Shown here: piece by piece, positions 28,510 to 38,262 of the stretch
How positions within the stretch are numbered: the first letter of the stretch is position 1
Layout of the letters: the number at the start of each line of letters is the position of its first letter
From: Planctomycetota bacterium
GTDB lineage: Bacteria; Planctomycetota; SZUA-567; H5-PLA8
Length of the DNA: 64,000 nucleotides
Reading direction: 5' to 3'
NCBI GenBank assembly: GCA_037129555.1
Contig: JBAXUS010000005.1
Coordinates: 7,086 to 71,085 of the forward strand
Translations under genes and position numbers: made by a program
The notes under the pieces: generated by a model
The model's input: only the letters and a program-made list of their open reading frames with translations
What the model was told of the DNA's origin: nothing
Databases searched by the model: none

Positions 28510-29487
28510 ATGGCGGCCCGCATGAAAACTCTCCGAACGAGTATTCTTCTCCTGATCGCTTTCGTCGTTTTTTATTCTGCATTCCACGCATCTGCGGGTG
28601 AACCCGCGAAGGCGGAGTGGAAGCTCGTTTGGAGCGATGAGTTTGACGGGACGGAGATTGACAAGACGAAATGGGATTTTGAACGCGGCAGCGGATCGTG
28701 GAGCGCGGACGGAAAAACGTGGCTGCCGGGATTCGGAAATAACGAATTGCAGTTCTACACAAAGCGCCCGGAGAACGCTCACGTCAGAGACGGCATGCTC
28801 CACATTTGCGCGATCAAAGAGCAGTATAAAGGGGCGGGGTACACGTCGGCCAAATTGAAGACGCGCAAAGCGGATTTGAGTCCGTTGTACAATAAGATGT
28901 ACGGGCGTTTTGAAATCCGCGCGAAGGCTCCGTTGGGCAAAGGGCTGTGGCCTGCGATTTGGATGTTGCCCCAGGACGACAAATTCGGCGGGTGGGCGTC
29001 GTCGGGTGAAATCGATATTCTGGAAGCGCGCGGGCAGGAGCCGAACAAGGTTCTTGGGACGTTGCATTATGGTGGCAGCTGGCCGGTCAACACGCACACG
29101 GGCAAAGATTACATTCTTCCGGACAACGGCACCATCGCGGATTTTCATGTCTACACGGTTGAATGGGAACCGGGCGAAATTCGCTGGCTAGTCGATGGGA
29201 AGTTGTATCAGACGCAGAATTTTTGGTGGAGTTGCAGCGACAAGGACGGGCCGAAAGGCGTCAATCCGGTCAACGAATCCGAATTGAATCCGTGGCCCGC
29301 GCCGTTCAATCATCCGTACTACATTATTCTCAATCTTGCAGTCGGTGGACAGTTCCTGGGCAATCCGGATAAGACGACAATCTTCCCCGCCGAAATGGTC
29401 GTTGATTACGTTCGCGTCTATGAAAAAGTCGGCGGATACGGTCCCGTGCCCGCGCGCGGCGAGGGAAAACTTCCGTTCAATAAATGA
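28510..29487 (+). CDS. Glycoside hydrolase family 16 (beta-glucanase/laminarinase-like), secreted
   Basis: Signal peptide; GH16 catalytic block E-x-D-x-x-E (SGEIDILEARG); WSDEFDG N-terminal block. Confidence 0.75.
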   Translation: MAARMKTLRTSILLLIAFVVFYSAFHASAGEPAKAEWKLVWSDEFDGTEIDKTKWDFERGSGSWSADGKTWLPGFGNNELQFYTKRPENAHVRDGMLHICAIKEQYKGAGYTSAKLKTRKADLSPLYNKMYGRFEIRAKAPLGKGLWPAIWMLPQDDKFGGWASSGEIDILEARGQEPNKVLGTLHYGGSWPVNTHTGKDYILPDNGTIADFHVYTVEWEPGEIRWLVDGKLYQTQNFWWSCSDKDGPKGVNPVNESELNPWPAPFNHPYYIILNLAVGGQFLGNPDKTTIFPAEMVVDYVRVYEKVGGYGPVPARGEGKLPFNK

Positions 29488-29909
29488 GCACTGAAATGAC
29501 TCATGTGTGGCTTTACTTATTTTATGTGTTGCCGTTTATCGGTGTGGGAAGCATCGTGCTTGGATTAAAGAATTGGAAACACTATGAAAAGAAATTACTT
29601 CAATGGCAGCGGATCGATGGGCATGTTGTTGATGTCATCGCACACTTGGGCGGCGTTGAGTGTCCCGGCACGATTACGCTGAAATACATGTATGACGTTG
29701 GCGGCAAAGCATATGTTGGATTCTACGCGAATTGTACGTCGCTGGAATTCAAGGTTGGGGACAGTATTCAGATCTTATCGGATCCTGACAACCCATTCGA
29801 CTCCGTTCCAACCGATGCTTTGAAGAACGGGGCAAAATTACTTTTTGTGTTTGGAGCTGTATTCATCTCCGCCGGTGCATTTATTTTTGCGGTCAGGCAC
29901 CTAACGTAA
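29484..29909 (+). CDS. DUF3592-like small membrane protein
   Basis: 141 aa with two TM helices flanking a small beta domain. Overlaps the GH16 stop by 4 nt (ATGA). Confidence 0.45.
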   Translation: MSTEMTHVWLYLFYVLPFIGVGSIVLGLKNWKHYEKKLLQWQRIDGHVVDVIAHLGGVECPGTITLKYMYDVGGKAYVGFYANCTSLEFKVGDSIQILSDPDNPFDSVPTDALKNGAKLLFVFGAVFISAGAFIFAVRHLT

Positions 29910-29913
29910 GATA

Positions 29914-32454
29914 TTATCGTAAACTCCACCTGAGCTTCGAATTGTCTTTTCGAAAGAGCCGGAGGAAGCTACCGGCTTTGACTTTTGTGTTTCCATCCAG
30001 ATCCAAATCGACTGAGACGGCCATGTCGGCGCGCGTGACTTGGCTGGTTGAGATCGCCATGCCGGAAGGCGTTTCGCCGGTCGCGGGAATGCCTTTGAGA
30101 TAGAAGACAAAGCCGCCGGTTTTTTGATTGTATTGAAACGATGTAATACCGCTTTTGACACGTTTCGGCGCGTAGCTGTACACGGTTCCGCTCAAGGTTA
30201 TCGAAGCGACAGGCACATCTTCCGAGTAATTTCCGAACGTTAAACGCCATACGCCAGACGAGGCTTTCGTCAATGTTTTGCCGGCTGGCAATGTCAGATT
30301 TCCACCGGCGGCGAAATCGTGGACCATCGGGCCGGTCTTGCCATTTGCAAGTTTCTCCGTTGAGAAACCGGCGGTGACACCGAAGTATCCGTCGCCGGGG
30401 AAACCGGCGCTTCCGAGCGCATAATTGATTTTACCCGAGACGCCGACGGTCGCCGTGTACTGCGCTTGGAGTGTTTCCGTGGTTGTCAATCCGGCGAAGG
30501 AAAAGGAGATGGGAATTGAGACGTTGAGTTTGGATGCGGTCGTGTTGCTGACGCCTGTTCCGGAAAGTGCTGAGAGAAGTTGGTCGGAGGTGCCGGTCAG
30601 TGAGAATGAGCCGGTGAAGGGGTCGAGTTGAAAAACGAGGAATGGTTTGGCTCCGGTTGTCGAAAAGAAAGTTCCGTCCGAGAGTAAATTAAACGTGTAG
30701 GAATTGGTGCCGATTTTGGCTGTGACGGTTTGCCCTTTCACGTAAATGGGCTGGCGGGTGATGTCGAAACGGCCTCCGATGCGGAAGGTGTCGGCGCTGG
30801 ATTTGACGAAGTTGAGTGTGGCTGAAAAACTTCCGAGGATCAGTTTTGTATTGATGCCGGAACTGATGTCGCCGGTGACGCCGCCGACGGATTGCGGCGG
30901 GCCGCCAGCACCGCCGACGCGACTGGTCTCGACGCCGATATTGAAGAATTGATTGTAGCGCAAGCCTGATTTGATCAGAGAGAAGACGGCGGTGTACGAG
31001 CCTGCGTTTGTGTATTTGTGAGTCGTCGAAAGTAGGTCGGACGTTGCGGAACCATCGCCGAATTCCCATTGTATTGTGTCATATAATCCGGTTGACGAAC
31101 CAGGGCCGAATGATGTCGTCAAAGGGGCGATTCCGACAGACGGGCCGACGAACGCCCCGGGACGAAGGTAGGGGCGGAGCGAATTGCCGGCTTGAGTGCT
31201 GTCGATCAAAGCAGCATAGATGTTGGTTTGTTTTGGCGGGTCGTTGACGCGGCGGCGGCCGTCCATCCAAACGGTCAGATATGTCGTGCCGATGGCAGCG
31301 GCGGTCGCGCCATTCAAAATACCGCTGCTGGCTTCATCGACGACCGCCATGTTGAGATCGTTATCGGTGCCGTTGATGTTGACGCGTTTCATGAAGATGT
31401 GGTACGAAACGTCGCTCACTTTGCTATTGCGCAGGAAGAGAAATTCGAATGATCCGTTGAAGACGGCGAGCGGAAAATTATTTTCATCGAGTCCAGTCGA
31501 TCCTTGTCCGACTAGTGCGAATGGCGCTGTTGACAGCAGAACGCGGCCATCGGGTTTGAGCCACGCGCGCGACACGCTGCAGGTAATTTGAGTGCCCTGT
31601 GAGGCGAGCAGCATGTACTCCTGGGAGTCCTTAAAATAAGCGCCGCCGATGGGTGCGCCCGCTCCGGACGGTGTCAAATCGTTGGTGAACATTTTGGTTC
31701 CGACAGACGGGCCGGAGATGGAATTATCCGCTTCGATGCGCACGGCGTACGAGGCGTTTGGAGTGGAGTCGGTGTCCTGATAGACGAGCAGATTTTCGCC
31801 GCTTTCGCCCGGGACGAGGAACTCCAATTTCTGTGCGACGGTGTTGGCGTTGGATGCCGGGACGGAGTGGATCGTGTCAATGACTCCGGTGATCGACACG
31901 CTGGTAAAATAAATTTGTGTGCCGGTGCCGGAGAGCGGAACGTCCTGCCATGCGACGAGGCAATTGCCGCCGCTGAAACAGACCTGCGGATTGATGTTGG
32001 ATGTGTTGGTTGTCGGGGCGATCAGAAAATCCGAACTATTCACAATCGTGCCCTGGGGCGAAACGAGCGCGCCGCGGACACCTGTGCCGTTGGCCAACAG
32101 GTCGTGCCATACGACGAGGTAGTTTGCGCCATTGAACGATACGCGGACGCGTTGCACGGGGCCGGATTGAGGAATTGCGTTGGGGTTGGAAATTTGAAAC
32201 GACGCAGACGCGACACCGGTGGAACTGACGATGGAGCCGGAGATTTGAGCGGCGTTGGAACCGCCGGATAGATCGCGCCAGACGACGAGATAATTCGTCC
32301 CGCCCGCTGCGACAGAGAGCGAGTCAACGGGTGCGTCGGGTCCGATTTGAAAATCCGGATTGACCAGCGCCGCTCGCGCGGAGAAGACAGTTGCAGTTAA
32401 CCCAAGCAGCGTGGCGACAACCAACGCGGTCCGACGTGTTGACAAAAACTTCAT
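29914..32454 (-). CDS. Large secreted beta-rich protein with a PKD domain
   Basis: Signal peptide (MKFLSTRRTALVVATLLGLTATVFSARA). PKD-like block ...WEFGDGSATSDLLSTTHKYTNAGSYTAVFSL... About 850 aa, S/T/G/N-rich. Confidence 0.55.
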   Translation of the reverse strand: MKFLSTRRTALVVATLLGLTATVFSARAALVNPDFQIGPDAPVDSLSVAAGGTNYLVVWRDLSGGSNAAQISGSIVSSTGVASASFQISNPNAIPQSGPVQRVRVSFNGANYLVVWHDLLANGTGVRGALVSPQGTIVNSSDFLIAPTTNTSNINPQVCFSGGNCLVAWQDVPLSGTGTQIYFTSVSITGVIDTIHSVPASNANTVAQKLEFLVPGESGENLLVYQDTDSTPNASYAVRIEADNSISGPSVGTKMFTNDLTPSGAGAPIGGAYFKDSQEYMLLASQGTQITCSVSRAWLKPDGRVLLSTAPFALVGQGSTGLDENNFPLAVFNGSFEFLFLRNSKVSDVSYHIFMKRVNINGTDNDLNMAVVDEASSGILNGATAAAIGTTYLTVWMDGRRRVNDPPKQTNIYAALIDSTQAGNSLRPYLRPGAFVGPSVGIAPLTTSFGPGSSTGLYDTIQWEFGDGSATSDLLSTTHKYTNAGSYTAVFSLIKSGLRYNQFFNIGVETSRVGGAGGPPQSVGGVTGDISSGINTKLILGSFSATLNFVKSSADTFRIGGRFDITRQPIYVKGQTVTAKIGTNSYTFNLLSDGTFFSTTGAKPFLVFQLDPFTGSFSLTGTSDQLLSALSGTGVSNTTASKLNVSIPISFSFAGLTTTETLQAQYTATVGVSGKINYALGSAGFPGDGYFGVTAGFSTEKLANGKTGPMVHDFAAGGNLTLPAGKTLTKASSGVWRLTFGNYSEDVPVASITLSGTVYSYAPKRVKSGITSFQYNQKTGGFVFYLKGIPATGETPSGMAISTSQVTRADMAVSVDLDLDGNTKVKAGSFLRLFRKDNSKLRWSLR

Positions 32455-32520
32455 GCAGCTCATCTCCCTGTTCACGATCATGAGTGACAATTGTAATGAT
32501 GTGAGCTTACTTCAGACGTG

Positions 32521-32946
32521 TCAAATTACAGAAGCTTCGAATTCGACTTTAACTATCGGTGAATAACGGTGCTCGATGTCGTGGCGCGCTTCGATGTCGC
32601 GCGTGGCTGTTAGATATTTTTCGTACAGAGCATTGCGGTCTTCTTCGTAGGTTCGGTCGCAAAAATAAATGCGGCAGCCGATGGCTCGATGATCGCGCGC
32701 GCCGCAGAGCTTTCCGCGCAGGTACGGGCATTTTCCTTCGGCGGAAAGGGCCATGTCCGGGCGTTCGTCACATGCGGCCATTTCGGAGGCTTCGAGGTCG
32801 GTGACGTAGAGCATGTGATCGGTGGCTGTGAAATTACAGCAGAGTCCGCGGGCATCGCAATGCCGACGGAAGGGTTCGAGTTCGGAGGCGAGTTGCGCAT
32901 ATAGCGCGCGCAATTCGAGGCGCGCGGCTTCGGGGATGGTGAGCAT
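32521..32946 (-). CDS. YkgJ-family-like cysteine-cluster protein (second paralogue), immediately downstream of recN
   Basis: 141 aa from MLTIPEAARL. Contains HCDARGLCC and CPYLRGKLCGARDHRAIGCRIYFC. The longer ORF-track version (to 33408) adds a low-complexity segment overlapping recN and is rejected. Confidence 0.45.
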   Translation of the reverse strand: MLTIPEAARLELRALYAQLASELEPFRRHCDARGLCCNFTATDHMLYVTDLEASEMAACDERPDMALSAEGKCPYLRGKLCGARDHRAIGCRIYFCDRTYEEDRNALYEKYLTATRDIEARHDIEHRYSPIVKVEFEASVI

Positions 32947-32953
32947 GAGGAAA

Positions 32954-34744
32954 TTATTCCGCAGCCTTGAGCATCGCGGCGGCTTCCTCGCGCGTGTGCG
33001 ATGAGGCTTCCGAGCCGCGCAGCATGAGCGCGATTTCGTCGATGCGGGCGTCGCCTTGCAAGAGGCTGACGACGACAGTCGTGGTTTTTCCAGACTGGCT
33101 CTTGGAGACTTTGAACTGGCTTTGTGCGCAGACGGCGAGCTGGGGTTGGTGCGTGACGCAGATGACTTGGCGAACGGTGGCGAGATCGCGCAATTTTTTT
33201 CCGAGCATGGCTCCGAGGCGACCGCCGACACCGGAATCGACTTCGTCGAAGACGACGACTGGCAGTCGGTCCGCTCCGCCTGCCCGCGCGAGGACTCCTT
33301 TAAGAGCGAGCATGACGCGCGCGATTTCGCCGCCGGAGGCGCTTTCGCGCAGGGGCTTCGGCGGGAGGTCGGGGTTGGCGGTGAACATGATCTCTGCACC
33401 TTCCGCACCGCTGGATTTCAAATGCGCGGGGATGAGCGCTTCGGCTGAAGGGTCGTCGTCTTCGTCGGAGAGTGGCGTGGTGAAGGCGTCTTTTTTTTCG
33501 GGTGTGGCCGGAGTCGCTGCGATTTCGTTGGAAGAGAGTTCGATGCCTAAGGTAGCGTGATTGAGGCCCATGCCGCGCAGTTCAGTGTTAACCTTTTTTT
33601 CGAGTTGGCGCGCACCGAATTTGCGTTTGCGTGACAATGCTCCACACGTGGTCTTGAGTGTTTCGATGGCGGCTGTGAGCGCTTTCTCGCCGGCTTCGGT
33701 GTTGGATTCAAGTTGGTCCAGTCCCGACAATTCAGCGCGAAGTATGTCGCGGAAGGCGGTCAATTCGGCGAAGGTGCGGCCGTGTTTGCGTTGGAGCGTT
33801 TTCCATTTTGCGAAGACGTCTTCGAGTTCGCCGAGACGCTCGGGGTCGCTGCGCGCTTTGTCGGCGAGCGAGTTGGCGTCGTGCGAGGCGTCGCGGACAT
33901 CGTCGAGCATGGACTCGATGCGTTCGCAGAGTTCCGCAGCGTCAGGCCCTGCGTCGCCAGCGGCTCCGAGGGCTTTCAACGCGCGCGAGAGAAATTGTGC
34001 TGCGCCGTCGCCGTCTTCGCCGTCGAGGAGCGCGCAGGTTGCGAGCGCGGCTTCGCGTATCTTTTCGGCTCCACGCAACAGTTTGAGTTCGCCTTCCAAT
34101 TCGGCGGGATCGAAGTCGTCGAGCCGGGCGTCTTCCAATTCGTGGAGTTGAAAGCGGGCAAGGTCCTGTCGGCCTTGGCGATCACGTGCGGCTCGGCGCA
34201 AACTGGCGAGGCGTTTGGCTGCGTCCATGGCGGCACGGTGTGCCTGCTTGACGGCTTCGCGTTCGGATTCGGCTTCGCTGAATCGGTCGAGGATGTCGAG
34301 GCGCGCGGGGGCGCGCAACAAGGATTGATTTTCGTTCTGGCCGTGAATGTCGAGGAGGCGTTCGCCGAGCTCCTTGAGTGCCGGGAGGGCGATGGGGCGA
34401 CCGTTGGCGTAGGCGCGGGAGCGACCTGTTTTGGGGATCGTGCGTGAGAGGACCAGTTCGCTGAAGCCGCTGCCGTCATCTTCGAAGACCAAGCCGAGGT
34501 CGCGGGTGAACGCTGCGACGAGGTCCTTGTCTTTGAGAATAAAACATGCGGAGACTTCAGCCTGCTCAGCGCCGGCGCGGATCATGCTGGCATCGCCGCG
34601 CGCGCCGAGCAGGAACTCGATGGCGTCGAGCATGAGGCTCTTGCCCGCGCCGGTTTCGCCGGTGAACGCGTTGAAGCCCGAATTGAATTCAATGCGGGCG
34701 TTGCTGATCAGGAGCAGGTTTTCGATGCGGAGTTCAGAGAGCAT
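32954..34744 (-). CDS. recN: DNA repair protein RecN
   Basis: N-terminal Walker A (FTGETGAGKSLMLDAI), long coiled coil, and C-terminal signature plus Walker B (VVVFDEVDSGVGG). Confidence 0.9.
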   Translation of the reverse strand: MLSELRIENLLLISNARIEFNSGFNAFTGETGAGKSLMLDAIEFLLGARGDASMIRAGAEQAEVSACFILKDKDLVAAFTRDLGLVFEDDGSGFSELVLSRTIPKTGRSRAYANGRPIALPALKELGERLLDIHGQNENQSLLRAPARLDILDRFSEAESEREAVKQAHRAAMDAAKRLASLRRAARDRQGRQDLARFQLHELEDARLDDFDPAELEGELKLLRGAEKIREAALATCALLDGEDGDGAAQFLSRALKALGAAGDAGPDAAELCERIESMLDDVRDASHDANSLADKARSDPERLGELEDVFAKWKTLQRKHGRTFAELTAFRDILRAELSGLDQLESNTEAGEKALTAAIETLKTTCGALSRKRKFGARQLEKKVNTELRGMGLNHATLGIELSSNEIAATPATPEKKDAFTTPLSDEDDDPSAEALIPAHLKSSGAEGAEIMFTANPDLPPKPLRESASGGEIARVMLALKGVLARAGGADRLPVVVFDEVDSGVGGRLGAMLGKKLRDLATVRQVICVTHQPQLAVCAQSQFKVSKSQSGKTTTVVVSLLQGDARIDEIALMLRGSEASSHTREEAAAMLKAAE

Positions 34745-34771
34745 GGTTCGACGAATACCCGTTGACGTTGG

Positions 34772-35224
34772 TTAACTGACTACAAGTCCACTTGGAGCCG
34801 GGCCGTCGGTGGTGATGAGACGCAAGCCGCCTTCGGGCAGGCGCACGGCCAACAACATGCCGAAGCTGATTTCGCCGCGCAGTTTGGAGGCCTGGAGATT
34901 GTTGACGACGACGATTGTTTTACCGACCATTTGTTCGGGCGTGTAAAATTCGCGGATGCCGGAGACGATCTGCTTGGTTTCGTCGCCGACTTTGACTTGA
35001 AGGATCAGCAGTCGGTCGGCTTTCGGATGCGGGATGGCGCTGAGGACTTCGCCGGTCACGAGTTTGACTTTGAAGAAATCGTCGATCCCGATGAGCACGA
35101 CGCCTTCGGCTTTGACTTCCGGAATTGGGGGTGTTGCCGGAGCTGCGGAGGGCGCTGCCACGGGTATGGTCGCGGCGGCAGTCGGGGGAACGAGTGCGGG
35201 TGGTGTTGGGACGGGTTCGGACAT
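34772..35224 (-). CDS. tRNA-binding domain protein (CsaA/Trbp111/EMAP-like OB fold) with Pro/Ala-rich N-terminus
   Basis: Start MSEPVP (AAGGAG RBS). C-terminal domain ...GIDDFFKVKLVTGEVLSAIPHPKADRLLILQVKVGDETKQIVSGI... matches the Myf/tRNA-binding domain family. Probably co-transcribed with recN. Confidence 0.6.
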   Translation of the reverse strand: MSEPVPTPPALVPPTAAATIPVAAPSAAPATPPIPEVKAEGVVLIGIDDFFKVKLVTGEVLSAIPHPKADRLLILQVKVGDETKQIVSGIREFYTPEQMVGKTIVVVNNLQASKLRGEISFGMLLAVRLPEGGLRLITTDGPAPSGLVVS

Positions 35225-35424
35225 GGATGTAACACTCCTTACTGACAGTATCGGCTGAAATCGAATCGAGTAAAAAATATTACGCGAAAGCGGCAAAAGA
35301 AAAACGGAAGAATGGAAAAACGAATCGGGATCGGAGGGGCGGTTTCGGAGGAAGCAGTGCGTCGCTTCACGTCCGGATCCTCCACTCCAATCCCGAGTCT
35401 TACTCAATTGAGTTGATCCAACGA

Positions 35425-37773
35425 CTAGCGATTGCGGTTGACGTCGGTGGCAATCGGCTGCGGGCCATCGTCTTCGATCAAGGGCGGCAGCACTTTGCGG
35501 ATGACCGGTTTTTCGGAGACTTTGGTCGGGTCCTTTTTAGGCTGCGAATCGGCAACGTTGGGCTTCGCGGTTTCGGGCAGCTTGGCCTGGTATCCCGGTT
35601 CGAGTTTTTCGATTTGCTCGATGGCCTTGAGGCTGAGGCGGTCAGCGAGTGCGCTTTGGGCGGTGCCGTTGCGGCTCAAATCGACGACGGATTTCAAGCG
35701 CGTCTTGGCGCCTTCAGGGTCATTCTTTTGAAGCAGCGTCATACCGAACCAGAATTGGTGGTCCGCGTTTTCTTTCATCACGTTGTCTGCCTTCGTGAAT
35801 GCTTCGACGGCACCATCCATATCGCCGGAGCGGAAAAGAGCGGCTCCGAGAATGGACTGAGCTTGGGCGCGGGTCACGTCTTCTTTGGCTTCATCGATCA
35901 AGAGCTTGGCGATGTCAGCGGCGACAGGATCGGCGGTCGTGCGATCCAAGCGGGAGCGGGCGGCGAGCATGCGCGCTTCGGTGGTCTTCATGATTTCAGC
36001 GGCTTTATCGGCAGCTGCGACAGTTCCTTCGACATCGGCGAGACTGTGGCGAATCTGCGCGAGTTCGTACCAGGCGCTGCCGTTTTCGGCGTCGATGGCG
36101 AGAGCTGCTTCGTAGTTCTTTGCGGCTGAGAACAGGTCGGGCATTGGGCGGCTGGCGAGCACATTGGCGAGACGGCAATGCGCTTTCGCGTCGGCTTTGA
36201 CCTTCAACGCCATGTTGGCCGCGCGTTCCATGATGTCCCAGTGTCCGAGCTTGACGGCACTGTCGTACAAGGCTTCGATGAACTTCGCATTGCCGGGCGT
36301 TTTGGCGAGAGCGGTGTCCGCTGATTTTTCGATTTCCTTTTCGCGGCCCAATTCCTTGAGCATGTCGAGTTCGATGCCGCGCGCCTCGGTGTTGGAGTCG
36401 TCGATCTTGAGGCAGAGGCGGGCGTTGTCGAGCGCTTCGGTGTAGAATTTCTTCGCATCGTCAGGCTTGTTGTCTTTCTTTGCAGCATCACCCTGCAAAC
36501 GGGAAATGAGCGCGAATTTGTAGAACGGTTCCGGGCGGTTCGGTGACAAATCTTTGGCGAAACTGAATTCGCGCTTGGCATCATCATACTGCGTCATCGT
36601 CAACAAAACGTCGCCCAATTCCAAGTGAAGGACGGGATCGGCGGCGCGGAAAATGACGGCTTGGCTCAATTCCTGTTTGGCGAGTTCAAGCTTGTTCTGC
36701 TTGATGTAGATCACAGCACGATTGCGGTTGGCTTCGGGGAGTTGGTTGCGCGGTGCGAGCTTTTGGGCGAAATCCAATTCCTTGAATCCGGCTCGTTCAT
36801 CGCCGGTCATGGCGAGAGCGAGACCGAGTTCGGCGCGGGCTTCAGGATTACCGGGCGCGAGTTTGACGGCGCGTTCGGCGGCGACTTTAGCTTCGTCGTA
36901 CTGCTGGAGCTGCAGGTCGGCACGGGCCATGTAAATGAGGTTTGTGACGTTGGCTCCGTCACGAATCAAGGCTTCGGCGTAGGCGTTGCGGGCGTTGGAG
37001 AAGAGGCGCAATTCGAAGAATGAGCGCGCCAGAAGGGACCATGCGCGAGCTTCGGCAACGAGCGGCAGTTGCAACTTCAATGCGTTTTCGAACGACTGCG
37101 CGGCGAGGTCGTAGCGCTTGCGCGTCATTTGTTTGGAGCCCAATTCGAGGTGCTTCAACGTGGTGTCGCGGAGGGCTGTTTCGGGAATAATTTCAGCGCC
37201 TTTGATTTCAAGCCACGGCGAATTTTCGCTGCGTGAGCGTTCCTGCACCCACAAGTGGACGGGCGTGTACATGGGAATGTGCGCGAGTTTATCAACGAGT
37301 TCTTTGCGGCGGCGATCAACGTAGAAGAGCACGTGAACTTGTTCGCGAGCTTCTTTGGTCCAGATTTCGGAGCCGTAAGACCACGCGCCGTAGTTCATGT
37401 AGCCTTCTTCATGAAACGGGGAGGTGAAGGGACGGTAGATGGAGCCGCTCTTGCCCCAATAGACATCGATCTGGCAATTGTGTTCCATGAAGTAGGCGGG
37501 TTCGGCGCGCATCTTGTCGAGCGTCGTCGGATCGAAGCCGTCCAATTCTTTGGGATAGACCTGAAAATATTTATCCCACGTGGTCCGCATGTGGTGGAAG
37601 ACATGACGCCATTCGGCTTGCTGAGACTCGACGGTCACGCAGGGCTTGATGAAGGGATTCAACGTAGAATCGCCCGACTCTCCCGCGCGAGCGGCACCGA
37701 CCAAGACAACCACGATGGCCACAGATGCCAAGGCCATCACCATCGGCTTCAGGGTCTTGAAACGCATTTCCAT
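35425..37773 (-). CDS. Secreted protein with N-terminal conserved domain and multiple TPR repeats
   Basis: 782 aa with signal peptide, TPR repeats through the middle, and a C-terminal Pro/Lys-rich tail. Confidence 0.5.
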   Translation of the reverse strand: MEMRFKTLKPMVMALASVAIVVVLVGAARAGESGDSTLNPFIKPCVTVESQQAEWRHVFHHMRTTWDKYFQVYPKELDGFDPTTLDKMRAEPAYFMEHNCQIDVYWGKSGSIYRPFTSPFHEEGYMNYGAWSYGSEIWTKEAREQVHVLFYVDRRRKELVDKLAHIPMYTPVHLWVQERSRSENSPWLEIKGAEIIPETALRDTTLKHLELGSKQMTRKRYDLAAQSFENALKLQLPLVAEARAWSLLARSFFELRLFSNARNAYAEALIRDGANVTNLIYMARADLQLQQYDEAKVAAERAVKLAPGNPEARAELGLALAMTGDERAGFKELDFAQKLAPRNQLPEANRNRAVIYIKQNKLELAKQELSQAVIFRAADPVLHLELGDVLLTMTQYDDAKREFSFAKDLSPNRPEPFYKFALISRLQGDAAKKDNKPDDAKKFYTEALDNARLCLKIDDSNTEARGIELDMLKELGREKEIEKSADTALAKTPGNAKFIEALYDSAVKLGHWDIMERAANMALKVKADAKAHCRLANVLASRPMPDLFSAAKNYEAALAIDAENGSAWYELAQIRHSLADVEGTVAAADKAAEIMKTTEARMLAARSRLDRTTADPVAADIAKLLIDEAKEDVTRAQAQSILGAALFRSGDMDGAVEAFTKADNVMKENADHQFWFGMTLLQKNDPEGAKTRLKSVVDLSRNGTAQSALADRLSLKAIEQIEKLEPGYQAKLPETAKPNVADSQPKKDPTKVSEKPVIRKVLPPLIEDDGPQPIATDVNRNR

Positions 37774-38141
37774 GTAGAGCGCCCTTTCTTCCAGTACGTT
37801 TGAAGATGCCTATCAGGCATCGGTCTCGCTTCGCATAACGATCATCGGTCATTTTGAGCTTCGCCCGATACTCAATTCGGGAGAAAGCTGACGACACGTT
37901 GATGCGATAGCTATGTGACCCAAGTATTATCGGCCATTCGCACTGGGGGCTTCATAAAAATCTTCGCCTCATTTTAAGAGTTCTAATCGGCGCGCGAGAA
38001 TTCACCGAAAAGAAGAGTACACTCCGTAGTCTACCTCACGACGTGCACGTGTCTATCAAGTTGGCGAGGAAAAGTTGAGCGGAACTATGCACATGCGCTT
38101 TCGCAGGGTCGGAAGATTATGTGTACGCTTTGGCAGGGTGC

Positions 38142-38245
38142 CTTGGAGCAGTACTCTGCTCCAAGCCGTTAGGCGCGAGAGTAATTGAGGGAGAAGATTG
38201 TTTCAAGTGAGCGCGCAAAGGCACGGAGCAGGGTACTGCTCCGTG
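38142..38245. repeat. Two copies of a GGAGCAG-N4-CTGCTCC hairpin motif (10-bp stems) downstream of hisS
   Basis: 38142-38165 CTTGGAGCAG-tact-CTGCTCCAAG; 38222-38245 CACGGAGCAG-ggta-CTGCTCCGTG. A third copy at 45398-45415 is the exact reverse complement of the first 18-mer. Confidence 0.7.
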
Positions 38246-38262
38246 GCACCCGGCCGTCGCTC

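Noticed and set aside
32521-33408. Long (295-aa) version of the ORF downstream of recN
   Set aside because: The first 154 codons are Ser/Pro/Ala/Lys-rich low complexity translated from the antisense of the recN 3' end. Only the C-terminal 141 aa (from MLTIPEAARL) look like a real protein, so the gene was trimmed to 32521-32946.
35225-35260. LexA/SOS-box-like TACTGTCAGTA upstream of the csaA-like-recN operon
   Set aside because: It lacks the CTGT-N8-ACAG spacing of the gammaproteobacterial box and matches no other LexA consensus I can recall. Treated as coincidence.
35413-37803. Several 100-240-aa plus-strand ORFs (35413-36129, 36625-37023, 37255-37803) opposite the TPR gene
   Set aside because: All are antisense to a long ORF with signal peptide and TPR repeats, and are Gly/Val/Asp-rich shadow ORFs.
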